Below are positions 33,079 through 45,485 of a stretch of DNA of 64,000 bases, piece by piece. The first letter of the stretch is position 1. The number at the start of each line of letters is the position of its first letter. This DNA comes from Scleropages formosus (Eukaryota). Position numbers and translations under genes: made by a program. Under the pieces are notes generated by a model that saw nothing but the letters and a program-made list of their open reading frames with translations, did no database searches and was not told where the DNA came from. The stretch spans positions 31,992,960 through 32,056,959 of the forward strand of contig NC_041813.1 of the NCBI RefSeq assembly GCF_900964775.1. The letters run 5' to 3'.

Positions 33079-33099
33079 AATCACACGCCCAGAAGCCAA
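33079..33099 (+). CDS. Serine protease copy 4, exon 2 (21-nt micro-exon)
   Basis: Identical to copy 2 exon 2. Confidence 0.55.
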
Positions 33100-33444
33100 G
33101 TAAGTGCTCAATGCCGCTGTTACTCTTGTGTCGCGTGTTTGTCACACAGCAGTGCGGCCACAGGTTCGTGTTCAGTGTCAGTGCCAGAGTGGTCAGTCCA
33201 ACAGCAGCTGGCCATCATCACTGAAATAGAAGGAAACACTCCAGTTCGGGTTAAGGGCTCAAAACTGGACAGAAAATATAATCAGAATGTAAGTAGAGAA
33301 GTAAGAGTTTGATCCGGTGTCAAGGTCGAGATCTTCCCAGATCCCGGATCTTCATGCCTGCTGCTCGGAGCGGCGCAGTTCATGTCGCTGGGCCCTCTTG
33401 GGCTATGAGCTCCGAATGGGTGTGAAGCAGTTATGCAGCACTAG

Positions 33445-33705
<261 letters not shown>

Positions 33706-33830
33706 TAATTACAGGATGTGACAATGAAGAGGTGGAGCAGTGTTACGTGTGTCATGTACCATGTTTTGCGGTATGATGTTTCACCCCTGATATCGTCTTA
33801 AACTGCACTCTCTCACATTCTCTCCTGCAG

Positions 33831-34099
33831 TGCGAATCCAAGCGGTTGGACTATGGTTCTGGGCCTGCAGACCCAGCAGGGTACCAACCCACATGCAGTG
33901 TACAGAGCAGTGAGAAGAATCATTGTTCATCCAAGGTACAATGGAAACACCAACAACAACGACCTCGCTCTAGTCCAGCTGTCCTCCACTATCAATTTCA
34001 GTGACTACATCCAGCCCATCTGCCTGGCAGCCGCTGGCAGCACCTTATACAACGGCACCGAGACCTGGGTCACCGGCTGGGGATACATCCAGTCAGGAG
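33831..34099 (+). CDS. Serine protease copy 4, exon 4 (...[72 protein letters not shown])
   Basis: Asp102 motif. Contains a mosaic patch relative to copy 2 (see findings). Confidence 0.8.
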
Positions 34100-34648
34100 G
34101 TGAGTGTGTTCGTCCTGAGGACCAGCAGGTGGAGGCGTAAATAGGGAACAGAAGCTACAAGTGAATTTTTTGCAGGTTAACATCCCTGGTCAGCTGGGAA
34201 ACTGAGTGAGATGAGCTGAATAACCTGAACTTAGACACTTAAAGAGGTACAAACCTGGCAACAAATTCCCAGAATTAAGCTTAACTGTAAGGGGACCCGC
34301 GTCATTAGAGAAGGCCTTCTCCAGCATTCCCGCTGGTGCTGCTGCCACTCTAGCATTCCGTCCCTCAAGGTGCTTTTCTCCAGTTCTTTTCCTTTCCGTT
34401 CTTCACAAACACACATACAAAAAACAGTGGATGAAGAGAAGTCCATACTGCCGCTGAAGGGCGGTACTGAGACGCTGCTGCCCACGATGCAGTGCTCTCT
34501 GTCCTCCTGGCACCTCAAACTGCATATCAGAACAAATTTGTCATTTACGAAATCAGAACTAAATCACGACTGCAGGCTGCTGTTTTGCAGTTAGTCCACC
34601 TGATTACAGCCTTGGGAGCTGCAACCAGTTGCTGTCCTCTTCCCTCAG

Positions 34649-34794
34649 TGTCCCTCCCTCCACCGGGGATTCTGCAGGAAGTCGAGGTGCCTGTCATTGG
34701 AAACGGGAAGTGTAACTGTCTCTATGGACCGGGGTCCATCACCAAGAACATGCTGTGTGCTGGGCTGCTGGCGGGGGGCAAGGACTCCTGTCAG
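34649..34794 (+). CDS. Serine protease copy 4, exon 5 ([49 protein letters not shown])
   Basis: The upstream intron is about 290 nt longer than in copy 2 because of an insertion at roughly 34170-34480. Confidence 0.8.
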
Positions 34795-34914
34795 GTACCG
34801 CAGCTCCCACAGCCTCCTGAGTCAACGTCTGTCTCAGAGAGCTCTCCACATATCCACAGCGAGTCCAGTGTGACCGTTCCCACTCACGCCAGAAATGTGT
34901 TTCCACCTGTGCAG

Positions 34915-35172
34915 GGGGACTCAGGAGGTCCACTGGTGGTCAAACAGGGTTCCGTCTGGGTCCAGGCCGGGATCGTGAGCTTTGGTAACGGATGTGCTGA
35001 ACCCAAATACCCAGGAGTCTACACCAGGGTGTCCCAGTATCAGTCCTGGATCAGCTCAGTAATCACCTCCAACCTGCCAGGATTTGTCACGTACTTCTCC
35101 AGTGGGAGAAACCGTGACGTCACCTGCTCTGCAACAATCGCAGTCACCAGTAACAGTATATTGCTTACATAA
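34915..35172 (+). CDS. Serine protease copy 4, exon 6 (GDSGGP...[23 protein letters not shown]). There is no long hydrophobic tail.
   Basis: Stop at 35170-35172. Compared with copy 3, about 300 nt covering the tail and the first downstream block is missing. Confidence 0.8.
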   Translation, partial: GDSGGPLVVKQGSVWVQAGIVSFGNGCAEPKYPGVYTRVSQYQSWISSVITSNLPGFVTYFSSGRNRDVTCSATIAVTSNSILLT

Positions 35173-35383
35173 CATATATGTGTATTTGCATATAACTACA
35201 GAAAACATATCAATTTATGAAGGCAACAGTTTTTAAAGTAGTAGCTCTTCTCCTCTAATTTCCAGGTTGAAAATAAGTGGGTCTCCTTCTTACCTCTTAG
35301 ATTATTACTCCTCGATATATAGGGAATAACTGATAAAATGCAACTGCATTTTCATAGTTATATTAGTGATTGATTCATGATTA

Positions 35384-35598
35384 GGGGGGTGCGGTGGCGC
35401 AGTGGGTTGGACCACGGTCCTGCTGTCCGGTGGGTCTGGGGTTCGAGTCCCGCTTAGGGTGCCTTGTGACGGACTGGCGTCCCGTCCTGGGTGTGTCCCC
35501 TTCCCCCTCCGGCCTTACGCCCTGTGTTGCCGGGTAGGCTCCGGTTCCCCGTGACCCCGTATGGGACAAGCGGTTCTGAAAATGTGTGTGTGTGTGTG
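35384..35598 (+). mobile_element. tRNA-derived SINE (family A), full length, with a 12-bp target-site duplication ATTCATGATTAG
   Basis: The TSD occurs at 35372-35383 and at 35599-35610. The empty site GATTGATTCATGATTAGTCACCGCATAACC is intact in the paralogous sequence at 30048-30077. Confidence 0.85.
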
Positions 35599-38336
35599 AT
35601 TCATGATTAGTCACCGCATAACCAATACAGGGTTTCGGACATACACACATATGTATTCTTTAGATCCTTCAGCTTTACGGCTTCCATTAAACGTGAGATC
35701 TCAAATGCAGAGTTCAGACAGAAATACCACGAAGGAAATTGCATGTTTATACCAGCTTACTGCTGTACAAAGAGCACGTTGGACTTTGTAGCGCTTAGAG
35801 TGAAATGAAGGCACCAAAGAAGGTGAGCTTCTACATTCCTGTGTCACCTTCTCATGTACTCATGAGTAGGTTCCTCACATGGACAAAGTGACATGTCTCA
35901 TAACTCCTGCAGGATTAATCTAGAGTCCCGTCAGAGCTTAGAACAAAAGGCAAACTTGGTTTGTTCACAAGGTTTCATTTCTTTTTCTTTGAATCACTGC
36001 ATGTGTTGTGATAATAATCACAATAATAATCACTGTAACCTCTCAGGGCGTTCGGGTTTCATGTCAACATTATCTAACCTCAACATTTCGTTCTCTTTTC
36101 ATAAAGGGTAAATAAAAGGAAATAAATAAATAAATCTCTGGCTGTGTGCACTCATTTCAAAGTACTGCTGCCAACTGTTACCGATTTACAGCAATAGACT
36201 CTCTAACTCATGGCAACGCAAAGTTGGCAGAAATGTAAGGAATCTCTTGCATTGTCCTGTCTGAAATGCATCAGCGATAACAGAAGCAGCCTGTTTTTCT
36301 TCAGATTCTTGACTAGCTGGGTCATGACTGCATCCTAAATAATGCAGGAAGGAACAATGAAAGATGGGCCCACTTGATAATGAGACAAGGTTTGAAAGCA
36401 CAACCACAGAAAGTTCCCAAATTTATATCAACAATGATCTTAAACCAAAAACAAGCAGGAACACCAATTTACTCCGCTGCACCTGGGTAAACATAGCTAT
36501 GTACACGTCGAGGAGGACTTCTGCAGGAAAGCACAACTATTGATAGTTATTATTATTTCAGCAGATTTCTGTCCTATTCTAGGCATATCATAAGCGGTAA
36601 CTGCAGTAATATTTCGGGTTCATTTCGTTTTTGCTCAAGTTGAACATCAGTCGTTTATTCATTATCCTCACAGCCTTCACAGAAAAGTTGAAGAGCCTTG
36701 GTGCCCCAAAAGAGGGTTGAGACACCAGAAACTAGATGGGTGATACAGCCATTGCCACAGCATACATATTCCAGAAGACAGCTACAGAAGAGACAGACAG
36801 AAACATGAAAACAGGTGGATGAAAAATGACAGGTGGAGAAGCAGCTCACCGACAATGTTTGCTAAAGTCTTTGCTAAACAATAAATGTAAATGTAAGGCT
36901 CAAGATGAAATGGGGCACCAAGACATTGACCACATAGTCCCTAGAATGTGGCTGTTTTTTCCATCCATTCATGCAAGCAGTCACTGTGCGTTATGAGCCC
37001 GGACAGAGTCAAGAACTTCTTCCCAGATGTTGACCCTCTTGTTGCTGGGCGACTGTTTAACTTGCACATCTCACACGCTCCTTTTGCTACGCTGTAGCCT
37101 ACTTTCAAGGGTTTTAAACTCATGGCTCATAGGTTTTATAACATGTTGCAGGAAGGCCGAAGGATTTGCAGAACGACGACTCACTGGATTGTGCTCCATC
37201 AACAGCATGACCACAAGACTTGCAAAGAGAAGGAGCAAATCCCTCCTTCTCCATCATCACCTTTAAATCACCCTTACGGGCAGGTAAAGCTCTTCCCCCC
37301 AACCTCTAGGACAGATATCCAGCAAGGGTCTTCATGCACAGAATGACCAGCTTAAGCACCCTACCCTTCGACAATAGTAGGTGAACAAAGCGTCCTGTGG
37401 TCACCTCTAAACATGCTCTGTTTGGTGCTTGAGGGCTCATAGCGCCACCCCATTGAATACCCACCTGAACTCCAGCAACAGGAGCCTAAGAACTCTGTGA
37501 CACAAGATGCTGTATGCCGCAGGTGCGTGCTCTTGTCCGCTTTATTTCTCTCTTGAAAGAGACAGGGGATCGGGTCATGTGGAAGGGAGGAAAGGGGGTA
37601 ACCGGGAAGTGGGACAGCGAGAGGGGGTCTTGAGGTGCGGTTGGGGTTGGGCGAGGACATCTTTGTCTCCTGCTCTGAGTGTGTGCATCTGGCTTCCGTC
37701 TCCCTCTCCATCTCCCTCGCTCACTGTCAGGCACAGGGTTTGAAATAGAGGTTTTTATTAGCTGCAGGTATGGCGAATCCTTCCCCCTCCCCCCGCCTCC
37801 GTCCACCCAGGCATGCCACAAAGTCTTTCAACCAGAAATCGGGGGGATGTCCAACTCGTGAAATGTCCTGCCGGATGCTCGCGCTGTTCTTATGGACCGA
37901 TGGAATGGACCAAAGCAACAGCATTGCTGCGTGACTCAAACAGCTAAAAATGTCTACGCATGGAGCAAACTGTGCTAATAAATTCAGTGATGGCGAAAGT
38001 GACTGTTCAGCCCTCTCTCTTCCTGCTTTTGTGTTGTGCATCGTTATTTTGTGTACTGTACTAGAAAATGCTTAATCATTTTAAAAGTAATGTGGTCAAA
38101 CCAGTAGGAGACCATACTGCAGAATTTGCACAGATAGGGTGAAGCTGTCATTTCATTTATGTGTCATTTTCTCCCCTGCTGTATAAAAGGAGGGGGCCCT
38201 TAACCATCCAACATCATTGAGCTGATGGTAGAACACCACACTTTCCATCGAAGAAGTTTCACATAACCCTTACACATGTCCATCTTCTCTAGACAAGTTT
38301 TATACTACAACCACACACACACACACACACACACAC

Positions 38337-38531
38337 ATTTTCAGAACCGCTTGTCCCATACGGGGTCACGGGAAACCGGAGCCTACCCGGCAACACAGGG
38401 CATAAGGCCGGAGGGGGAGGGGACACACCCAGGATGGGATGCCAGTCCGTCACAAGGCACCCCAAGCGGGACTCGAACCCCAGACCCACCGGAGAGCAGG
38501 ACTGTGGTCCAACCCACTGCACCACTGCATA
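38337..38531 (-). mobile_element. tRNA-derived SINE (family A), with a (CA)n tract at its tail
   Basis: Reverse complement of the same consensus (…GTGGTCCAACCCACTGCACCACTGC at the head). Confidence 0.75.
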
Positions 38532-39426
38532 CTACAACCAGAATAACTCAAAGTCCATTAACCACTTGCTGTCTTCTGATCAGTTGAAAACCTTTCTGAG
38601 ACAGCTGTCAACACATATTTGGAAAAATAAAATTTTGCAGAGAAATAATCTGAGACACTGAGGATGACGACTCAAAGAATATGTTTACTGTGCTGACAGT
38701 AATTACCAGCCCATAATATGCATTAAATATGAAAAGAAGGACTGACAGAAAAGAACGAACCACACAGTGGAGTACATATTCATACGAGCTCCCTCATTAT
38801 TGTTGTAATATCAGTCAATACATCAAAATTGTAACTACCGAATTTTTATGGAAAGAAGCCGTACAACAAAGAGGAGATTTAGATCTTTTTTTACATATAT
38901 AGTTTCTTATTTAGTACTAAAATAGGAGTAAGTGGGTTGGAAAGTGCAGAATGACTGAAACAACACATTTTATACTGTATTTATATTACATTAAAATTCT
39001 TGTGGGGATGAGTGTGGACTGTTACAGATTCTGAGCTGTCAAAGACTGAAACCATTAAACAAAGCCAAGTCAGTTGTGGATTTCTTCAGAAAGGTATTTT
39101 CTCTTGGCTCTTTAACTCTATGTAGGATTGACATGACAGTATGAATGAATGAACGAGCGAGCGTTATCGCAAAGTATGTTTACACATACAAGGAATTTGT
39201 CCTGGTGACAGGAACTTCCACAACACAGACAGAATGACAGTGACAAGACACAGAGAATAAAAGTAGAGTGGGCTGATAAAAGATAAAAAAAAAAAAATAG
39301 AGTATAAAGTACCCAATATACAAAAAAGACACTAGACATTATATGTTTGTACAGGTATGTTGTATACAATGCAAGGGAAAGTAAATAGGAGATGTGAAAA
39401 TAAATATAAATAGCGTTGTTTATAGC

Positions 39427-39645
39427 ACGGGGGGGTGCAGTGGCACAGTGGGTTGGACCCAGGTCCTGATTTCCAGTGGTTCTGGGGTTCAAGTCCTGCT
39501 TGGGGTGTCTTGCGACGGACTGGTGTCCTGTCCTGGGTGTGTCCCCTCTGGCCTTACGCCCTGTGTTAGGGGGTAGGCTCTGGTTCCCTGCGACCCTGTA
39601 TGGGACAAGCGGTTCTGGAAATGTGTGCGTGTGTGTGTTTATAGC
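39427..39645 (+). mobile_element. tRNA-derived SINE (family A), older and more diverged
   Basis: Sequence GGGGGGTGCAGTGGCACAGTGGGTTGGACCCAGGTCCTGATTTCC...GGTTCAAGTCCTGC...CTGTATGGGACAAGCGGTTCTGGAAATGTGTG. Confidence 0.7.
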
Positions 39646-41897
39646 ACCAGTTTACTCCCTAGGAGGCATTTAGCTGTTCATGAGGTAGATGGCCTGAGGG
39701 GGGAAGGAAAGAAAAGAAAAGGAAAAAAAAAAAAAAAAAAAAAAAAAACTTTTCCCGTGCCTGGCTGTCCTGGTGCTCAGTGCTGTGTAGCGCTGACCAG
39801 ACGGCAAAAGTTCAAAGAGGAAGTGGCCCGGGTGCGAAGGGTCTAGGATGATTTTGCCTTTTTCTCACTATTGACAGTGGGCTGGTGTCCCATCTTGTAC
39901 ACTTGTAGCTGGGCTCTTGTTTAAAAACACAGAAACCATCACTTGGAGTTAAACAATGTAGCAATATAAACAAGAAGGTGGGAGAACCTGATTTTTTGTG
40001 ATGGCAACTACACTGTGTCTATGGATGGGGATTCTGGAGCTCAGTGTGACAGTGAAACCACAGAAGGGGACACATCCAGAAGGGCTGGTTTGTCGCGCCT
40101 GACTGTGTCACCATTTCAGAGAACTTGTACACAGTATGTTCCTAATAATCAGAAGATGCTCAACTTTATATGAAGATGAAATTAACATCTTAGGTGCTCT
40201 AATCCCCCTCAAATACACAAAATTAGGATGAAACGGAAGAGCACACAATTTACATAGAAATTCTCGGTTTTTAGCTTTCCTGACCCAGGTTAAGGTTTCA
40301 GCAAAACACCTTCATCTCTGGGTAACAGGCCAGGTGGGACATGTATATAGTTCAGAGACCATGTGATGACATCAAATACGATGTGACAGTACACTTCTAT
40401 AATAAACGAAGATTTTACGGCGGGTTTACACAATTGTTATACAACACACATAAAAATCTGTTACTGCGCTGCTTCCAAGCTCTGAATACCTGAAAAACTC
40501 AGACCACAACAACCCAAACTCTTCACACCTTAGAGAAATATTTCAGATGAACAAAAAAAAGTACAAATTGGCAACACGTTTTATAAAAGCTGGCATTTCT
40601 CAGCACTGAGACATCTGAAAAATCTCACCTGCTCACATCTCATCTCCTCATCAGTGTAGCAGAGTGCTGATTGATTGATTTTTGATTTTTTTTCTTGGAT
40701 GCCATCCATGGAGGTTGATGTTACGCAATGTCCTTCGCACCGTCTCAGCTGTCGCAGAAATTCCGATTTCCATCGATAACCCCTGTGCCAAGTCTGAAGC
40801 GCATGACTGGTCTGTTTTTTAGAGCTAGATTGTGCCAGTAGCACGCTCTCTGCGGTGTCACGTTAGGACAACGATCACTGTGGCTCTGATTAATGGTACT
40901 ATGGCTCGTTCTATACCTCCAGCTTACTGCTGCAATTGCGTTGGAACTGATTTTCAGTCGGTTGCATATCCTTCTGTGTCCTGTTCCATCTTCTTCAAGT
41001 CACACAATCAGATTTTTCCAGTTCAATTCTTTGACATGCGCATAGACACAACCCCTAAACCCAAAAGTGAGAAAGTTCTAGTGTTCACAGTTCATTTTGT
41101 AACAATGTTAAACCAATTAGGCTAATTTTAAATCACAGGTCTACTCAGTGATGTTTCAATGATCACACACTTTCTTAAGTCGGATGTCAGTGATCACAGA
41201 TGAATTCCCTTTTGACCCATGGAGCTTCGAACGATGGGCCTGTATTTTCAATATAGTCTTTCCAAAATATTTGTTTTTGATTGTTCATAAAAGGAAATAC
41301 TCTACTTGCATTATTTCTACATTGACAATTATTGAGAGGTGATAAAATTTTGAATCATTTGAGTGATATTGCACAGGGATGTACTCACTTCTGGGATATA
41401 TTTTATGAGACACTTTGTATCCGACGTTCTCATCTTAGGTTCACAGGGTCCGGGACCATCCCCCAGCCTGACTTCAGGACTCGGTCAGACTCCGCACATG
41501 AAAACTGTTCCACAACGCAACACAAAGGCGTCAGGATACAAACTTCAAGCTGCATGTGCAATTATGGGACAGAAAATGAGAAAAGCAGCCCAGACCTGGT
41601 TGGAACATTCTCTTTCTCTCACATCAGACGACAAATACACTGTCATATGGCCTTGTGACTCCAGAGAGTCTGAAATTCCTGATGTCCCAGCAGTCAAAAT
41701 CACCAGTCAAACAAAAAAGCAGCTTAGGGAATGTTTAATGTACAAAGAGCACTTTCAGGCAATTACATTCATATAAAATTCTTTAACATGTCACACAAAA
41801 GCATAGAAAAATATCCATAGGTATAAATGATGAGAAACTCATCGTGGCACATAAAAGAACCCCTGCTTGACACGGAGAGAAATGCTGCTGAACGACC

Positions 41898-42067
41898 TCA
41901 CTCGCTCTCTCCGCCATCGGTGATGATCCCTTGCAGATTGCTCCAGTCGGGCTGGACGTCCTCCTCGCTGTCCGAATCGGAGCCCAGCGCCCGTTTGTAA
42001 GGGGGTTCTGGGCAAGCAGAGGCCTGAGCCGGTGGCCACTGCGACGCTGTCCTCCTGCGGGTGCGAC
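41898..42067 (-). CDS. hirip3: HIRIP3 last exon ((G)RTRRRTASQWPPAQASACPEPPYKRALGSDSDSEEDVQPDWSNLQGIITDGGESE*)
   Basis: Matches the human HIRIP3 C-terminus (RRRTAWNPL...LDSDEE...PDWSHMRGIISSDGESN). Acceptor ctttcag|GTCGCACC. Stop at 41900-41898. Confidence 0.8.
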
Positions 42068-43047
42068 CTGAAAGGACAAGAGAGATGAGAGTGGAGACGA
42101 CTGTTCGACGTACCAGAACCCTTGTAAAACAATGAACCTGTCTTCCCCAAGAAACAGCGACATTAAAAAGTGTAAAAACAGATTATTCAGTATTACATTA
42201 ATGATGTTACATTCACAGATACTTGTCATGGCAGAATGTTGAGTTTCACTGTTAGTGGAACAGAGCCAACAATTACCAGAATGACAATAGCAACACCTGT
42301 AGATACCCTGCTGTTGCGCTACACTCGGTGACCTTTCTCACAATGCCCGAAGAGTGAGATGAATGTCTAAACCTCGCGTTTCACTCAGCAGCTGCCACTA
42401 CAATAGATTATTCATAAATGCAGAAGACAAAGCAGGAGAAACATTTCAGCGGTCAACAACACCTGACAGGTGGAATCTGAAAGGACTTATCTGTGACAGC
42501 ACAACAAAAGGTACCCTACCCTACCCTACCCTACCCCACCCTTCAGCGCTCAGTGTACTTCACTCTTGCAGCTTGGACCAATGTTTTCAGAAGAGAAGAG
42601 CAGAACAAAAAAACAAAGACAAAGGAGAACTTCTCAATAAGAGTGTGGATCAAAGCTGAGTCTATCAGCTGCGCAGGAACACATTTTGCTTTCCTTCAAA
42701 AGGATTACAATACATTCTTCAGAAGAATGCAAAACATGACACTATTCGATCAACTTGTGCTTGAAGAAACAGGTTCTCCGTGTTAGCACAATTCTTTGGT
42801 ATAGTATAGTACATGAGTACCGTACTGGCTCTTGTAAAACTTGCTCAACTTCTCAAGTGCAGCGGCGATGCAGTCAATCAAGGTACTCGCGTAGAACGAG
42901 CAACTACAATCTCACACGCCGATCTGCTCAATGAATACTGTTCAGCGTAATACTGTCAGCGGTGCCGAATGGCGGAGCTGCAGCTCCACACTTCTCACAT
43001 TTGGCTGTGAGGGCACCTGGGCCAGCCTGCCCCCCATGCGATGTTAC

Positions 43048-43146
43048 CTTGTGTGGTTATGATATTGGCGACGTCCAGCTCGGCCAGCTCCTCAGCCTCC
43101 TCCCTCTTCAGCCGGGCCTTCTTACACTTCTCCACAGACGGCTGCC
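43048..43146 (-). CDS. hirip3: HIRIP3 exon 6 ((G)QPSVEKCKKARLKREEAEELAELDVANIITTQG)
   Basis: Matches human GKCRALKEQREEAAEVASLDVANII. Donor CAAG|gtaaca. Confidence 0.7.
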
Positions 43147-43282
43147 CTGGAAAAGCAGCCCTTCCACTCAACAATCCAGGACCTGCTACCGGAGCATCCG
43201 CCAAACTAAAGGTTTCGCTCACGGAGCTCTTTAACTCAGAAACTCGGACTTCGGAGCGTGGCCCCCAGCTGTTCTAACTGAC

Positions 43283-43478
43283 CTACAACCCCAAGCTCCT
43301 CCAGCTCCCTCTTCAGCACAGCGACCTGCGACTTCACAGAGCGACAGCCATCGAGGAGCTTCTTGTAGTTCCGCCTGACGCCACAGAGGGTGATGTAGCG
43401 CTTCAGTTTGGACACCATCCTGTTCTCTTCAGCCTGGAGGGGGTCACACAAGGCCCATGAACAGCTGTCCCCACCACC
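43283..43478 (-). CDS. hirip3: HIRIP3 exon 5 (CHZ-like motif: ...AEENRMVSKLKRYITLCGVRRNYKKLLDGCRSVKSQVAVLKRELEELGVV)
   Basis: Matches human MRLKRYIRACGAHRNYKKLLGSCCSHKERLSILRAELEALG. Acceptor tattttcag in phase 0, donor GTAG|gtcagt in phase 1. Confidence 0.7.
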
Positions 43479-44208
43479 CTGAAAATACTGTACACCCATT
43501 CCTCAAGTAACAGCCTTAATTTGTTCCAAGGATTCAAATTCATGTTGCCAGTGGTTTCAATTAATATTCATTTGCTGAAAAAGTATGACACCAAATCACT
43601 GGGGCAGTTCTTGTTGTATGGGACAACTATGTGTGCGCAAATTTTTTTTTAAAACCACATAGAAATGGCTATTTCTCAGATGGCCCAGCAGGGTAAATAC
43701 GTAAAAGCAAAATGAAAGCACCGGATGCTGTAACTGGAACAATTAGCTAGCAGCTGAAAGCATGGACACGCTGTTCCACGCCGGAATGTGTGTTGAGTGG
43801 CGCACAGATCCATGTGAAAATGGATTACCTTCCTTTCCCTCACGCAACCTGTGCCCTCCAGCGCTTTCATCTTCTTTTTTACTTGTTGTGACTTAGCTGT
43901 GCCCCTGACTCCCTCCTCAAACGACGGAAGGGAAGAGGAGTCCGAGAGGCCTCCTGGACCCACCTTGGTCTCCTCCTCAGCCCTCACTTCTGCTCTTCCA
44001 GGAAGGAGAAAAATGCGTCAGAAGAAACAAACAGATTTCCAACAGCGACATAAAATGCAGAACACCAGGCAGCCCCACACCATACACACTGTGCAGCGTC
44101 CTTCCCATAACCTCTGGCTGAACCGGCACACCGACCTTTGCGACGGCCTCCTTCGCCTTTCTGGACCGAAAAGAATGGCAACATTCTCCACCGGTGGCTC
44201 GTACCTAC

Positions 44209-44741
44209 AGTTTGTGGTGCGCTGCCCCTTCCTCCATTCTCCCCGGCTCCTCCTGAACCTTCTATCTCAGTGTTGAAGTCACCGCCACGTCCTGAACTTG
44301 ATCTTGGGCACCTCGGCAGGCCGCTTCCTTTATTCTTCATTTCCGGATGATTCTCCTCCTCTTCGCTCTCCAGCTGAGTGCTCCCCCAGTTCGACTTCCC
44401 CCTTTTCTTTTCTGTCTGTTCTTCTTTGTCCGAATCTTCCGAGGTGTGCTCTGTAGCGTCCTCATCCTCACTGTCTACCACCACCACTCTCTGTTTCTTC
44501 ACACTTGGTTTCTTCCACACATCCTCTTCGCTGTCAACGACCACCTCGTCAAGCCTCCGTTTGGTGACCTTGCGTCTGCGCTGGGCTACGACACGCTTCA
44601 CCGTACTCTTGCTGGCTTCTGCCTGCCGTTCTGTTTTAGCCACCATTGATGACTCCTCTTCATCACTTTCCGTATCAGCGGGAGCCTCCTCTTTAACGCT
44701 CGTTGCCTTTCTGACTCTTTCTGTTCCAGAATCTGGAGAGT
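44209..44741 (-). CDS. hirip3: HIRIP3 exon 4. This is the large acidic, Ser/Glu/Asp-rich exon ...DSEEDVWKKPSVKKQRVVVVDSEDEDATEHTSEDSDKEEQ...
   Basis: Acceptor ttcttcag|ACTCTCC in phase 1. The donor ACT|gtaggt was chosen because the downstream exon requires phase 0. An alternative donor 4 nt downstream is possible. Confidence 0.6.
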
Positions 44742-44857
44742 CTGAAGAAACCAAAAAAGGACAAATATGCAAGAACGACCGTTAGAGACTGAAAGAAAAC
44801 CAGTCCAACAGCCGAGGGCTCAGCGAGACAGGCCGAGGGAAGCGTCCCACACAGCAC

Positions 44858-45014
44858 CTGGGTCTTTTCTGTTGACTCGCAACCTCTTCTTCCCCACATC
44901 CTCCACACGCCTTCCAGCTGCCTTTTCCTCTACCTCGCACTTCCTTTTCAGGTTCCTGGAGCACATGGAAATGGGCTTCTCAGAGAGTGGTTCATCATCA
45001 CTGCTGTCGCCATC
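44858..45014 (-). CDS. hirip3: HIRIP3 exon 3 (DGDSSDDEPLSEKPISMCSRNLKRKCEVEEKAAGRRVEDVGKKRLRVNRKDP)
   Basis: Acceptor ctacag|GATGGCGAC, donor CCAG|gtgctg. Confidence 0.65.
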
Positions 45015-45364
45015 CTGTAGTTGGAAATAAAACACTCAGCTTCCACTTTTCATGTTTGCACCGACAGCGTTCCAGTGGAACCGCACTGCACAACTGGACC
45101 AAGTTCGGCAGGAGAGGGGAAAAACGGTATTCATAAGGTGCGATAATGAAGCGTTGCGCAACAAAGGAGGAGGAAGGAATTCTTTCTATTTTATACATTT
45201 TTTTTTTTTTTTTAAAAAAAAAAAGAAAAAGAAAGAAAGAAAGAAAGAAGCACATTTCCATCGGCCGCGCGCGTTGCTCAGACGGGACAGCACTAGAGGG
45301 CACTAGAGAGCACGTGTTGGCCCCGCCCCTGCTGGCCCCGCCCCCGCCAGGCCCCGCCCCCTAC

Positions 45365-45485
45365 CTCCACCTTCAGCAGCTCCTCCTCCACGATTCGCTT
45401 CAGCAGTTGCGTGTCTTCGTGGCTGAGCGAATCAACGCGGCGATGCGCCGAGTACAGCTCCCTAATCTTCCGCTGGGTCAGTGTA
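45365..45485 (-). CDS. hirip3: HIRIP3 exon 2 ((S)TLTQRKIRELYSAHRRVDSLSHEDTQLLKRIVEEELLKVE)
   Basis: Matches human STLTHSIVRRRYLAHSGRSHLEPEEKQALKRLVEEELLKMQ. Acceptor ctaaag|T, donor GGAG|gtaggg. Confidence 0.8.

Noticed and set aside
43236-43499. Coiled-coil peptide ...KLKRYITLCGVRRNYKKLLDGCRSVKSQ... initially considered INO80E, the next gene after HIRIP3 in human 16p11.2
   Set aside because: The motif RYI.ACG..RNYKKLL matches the C-terminal CHZ-like region of HIRIP3. It splices in frame to the other HIRIP3 exons, and the INO80E N-terminus (YKKKYRNLKRKLKFL) does not fit.
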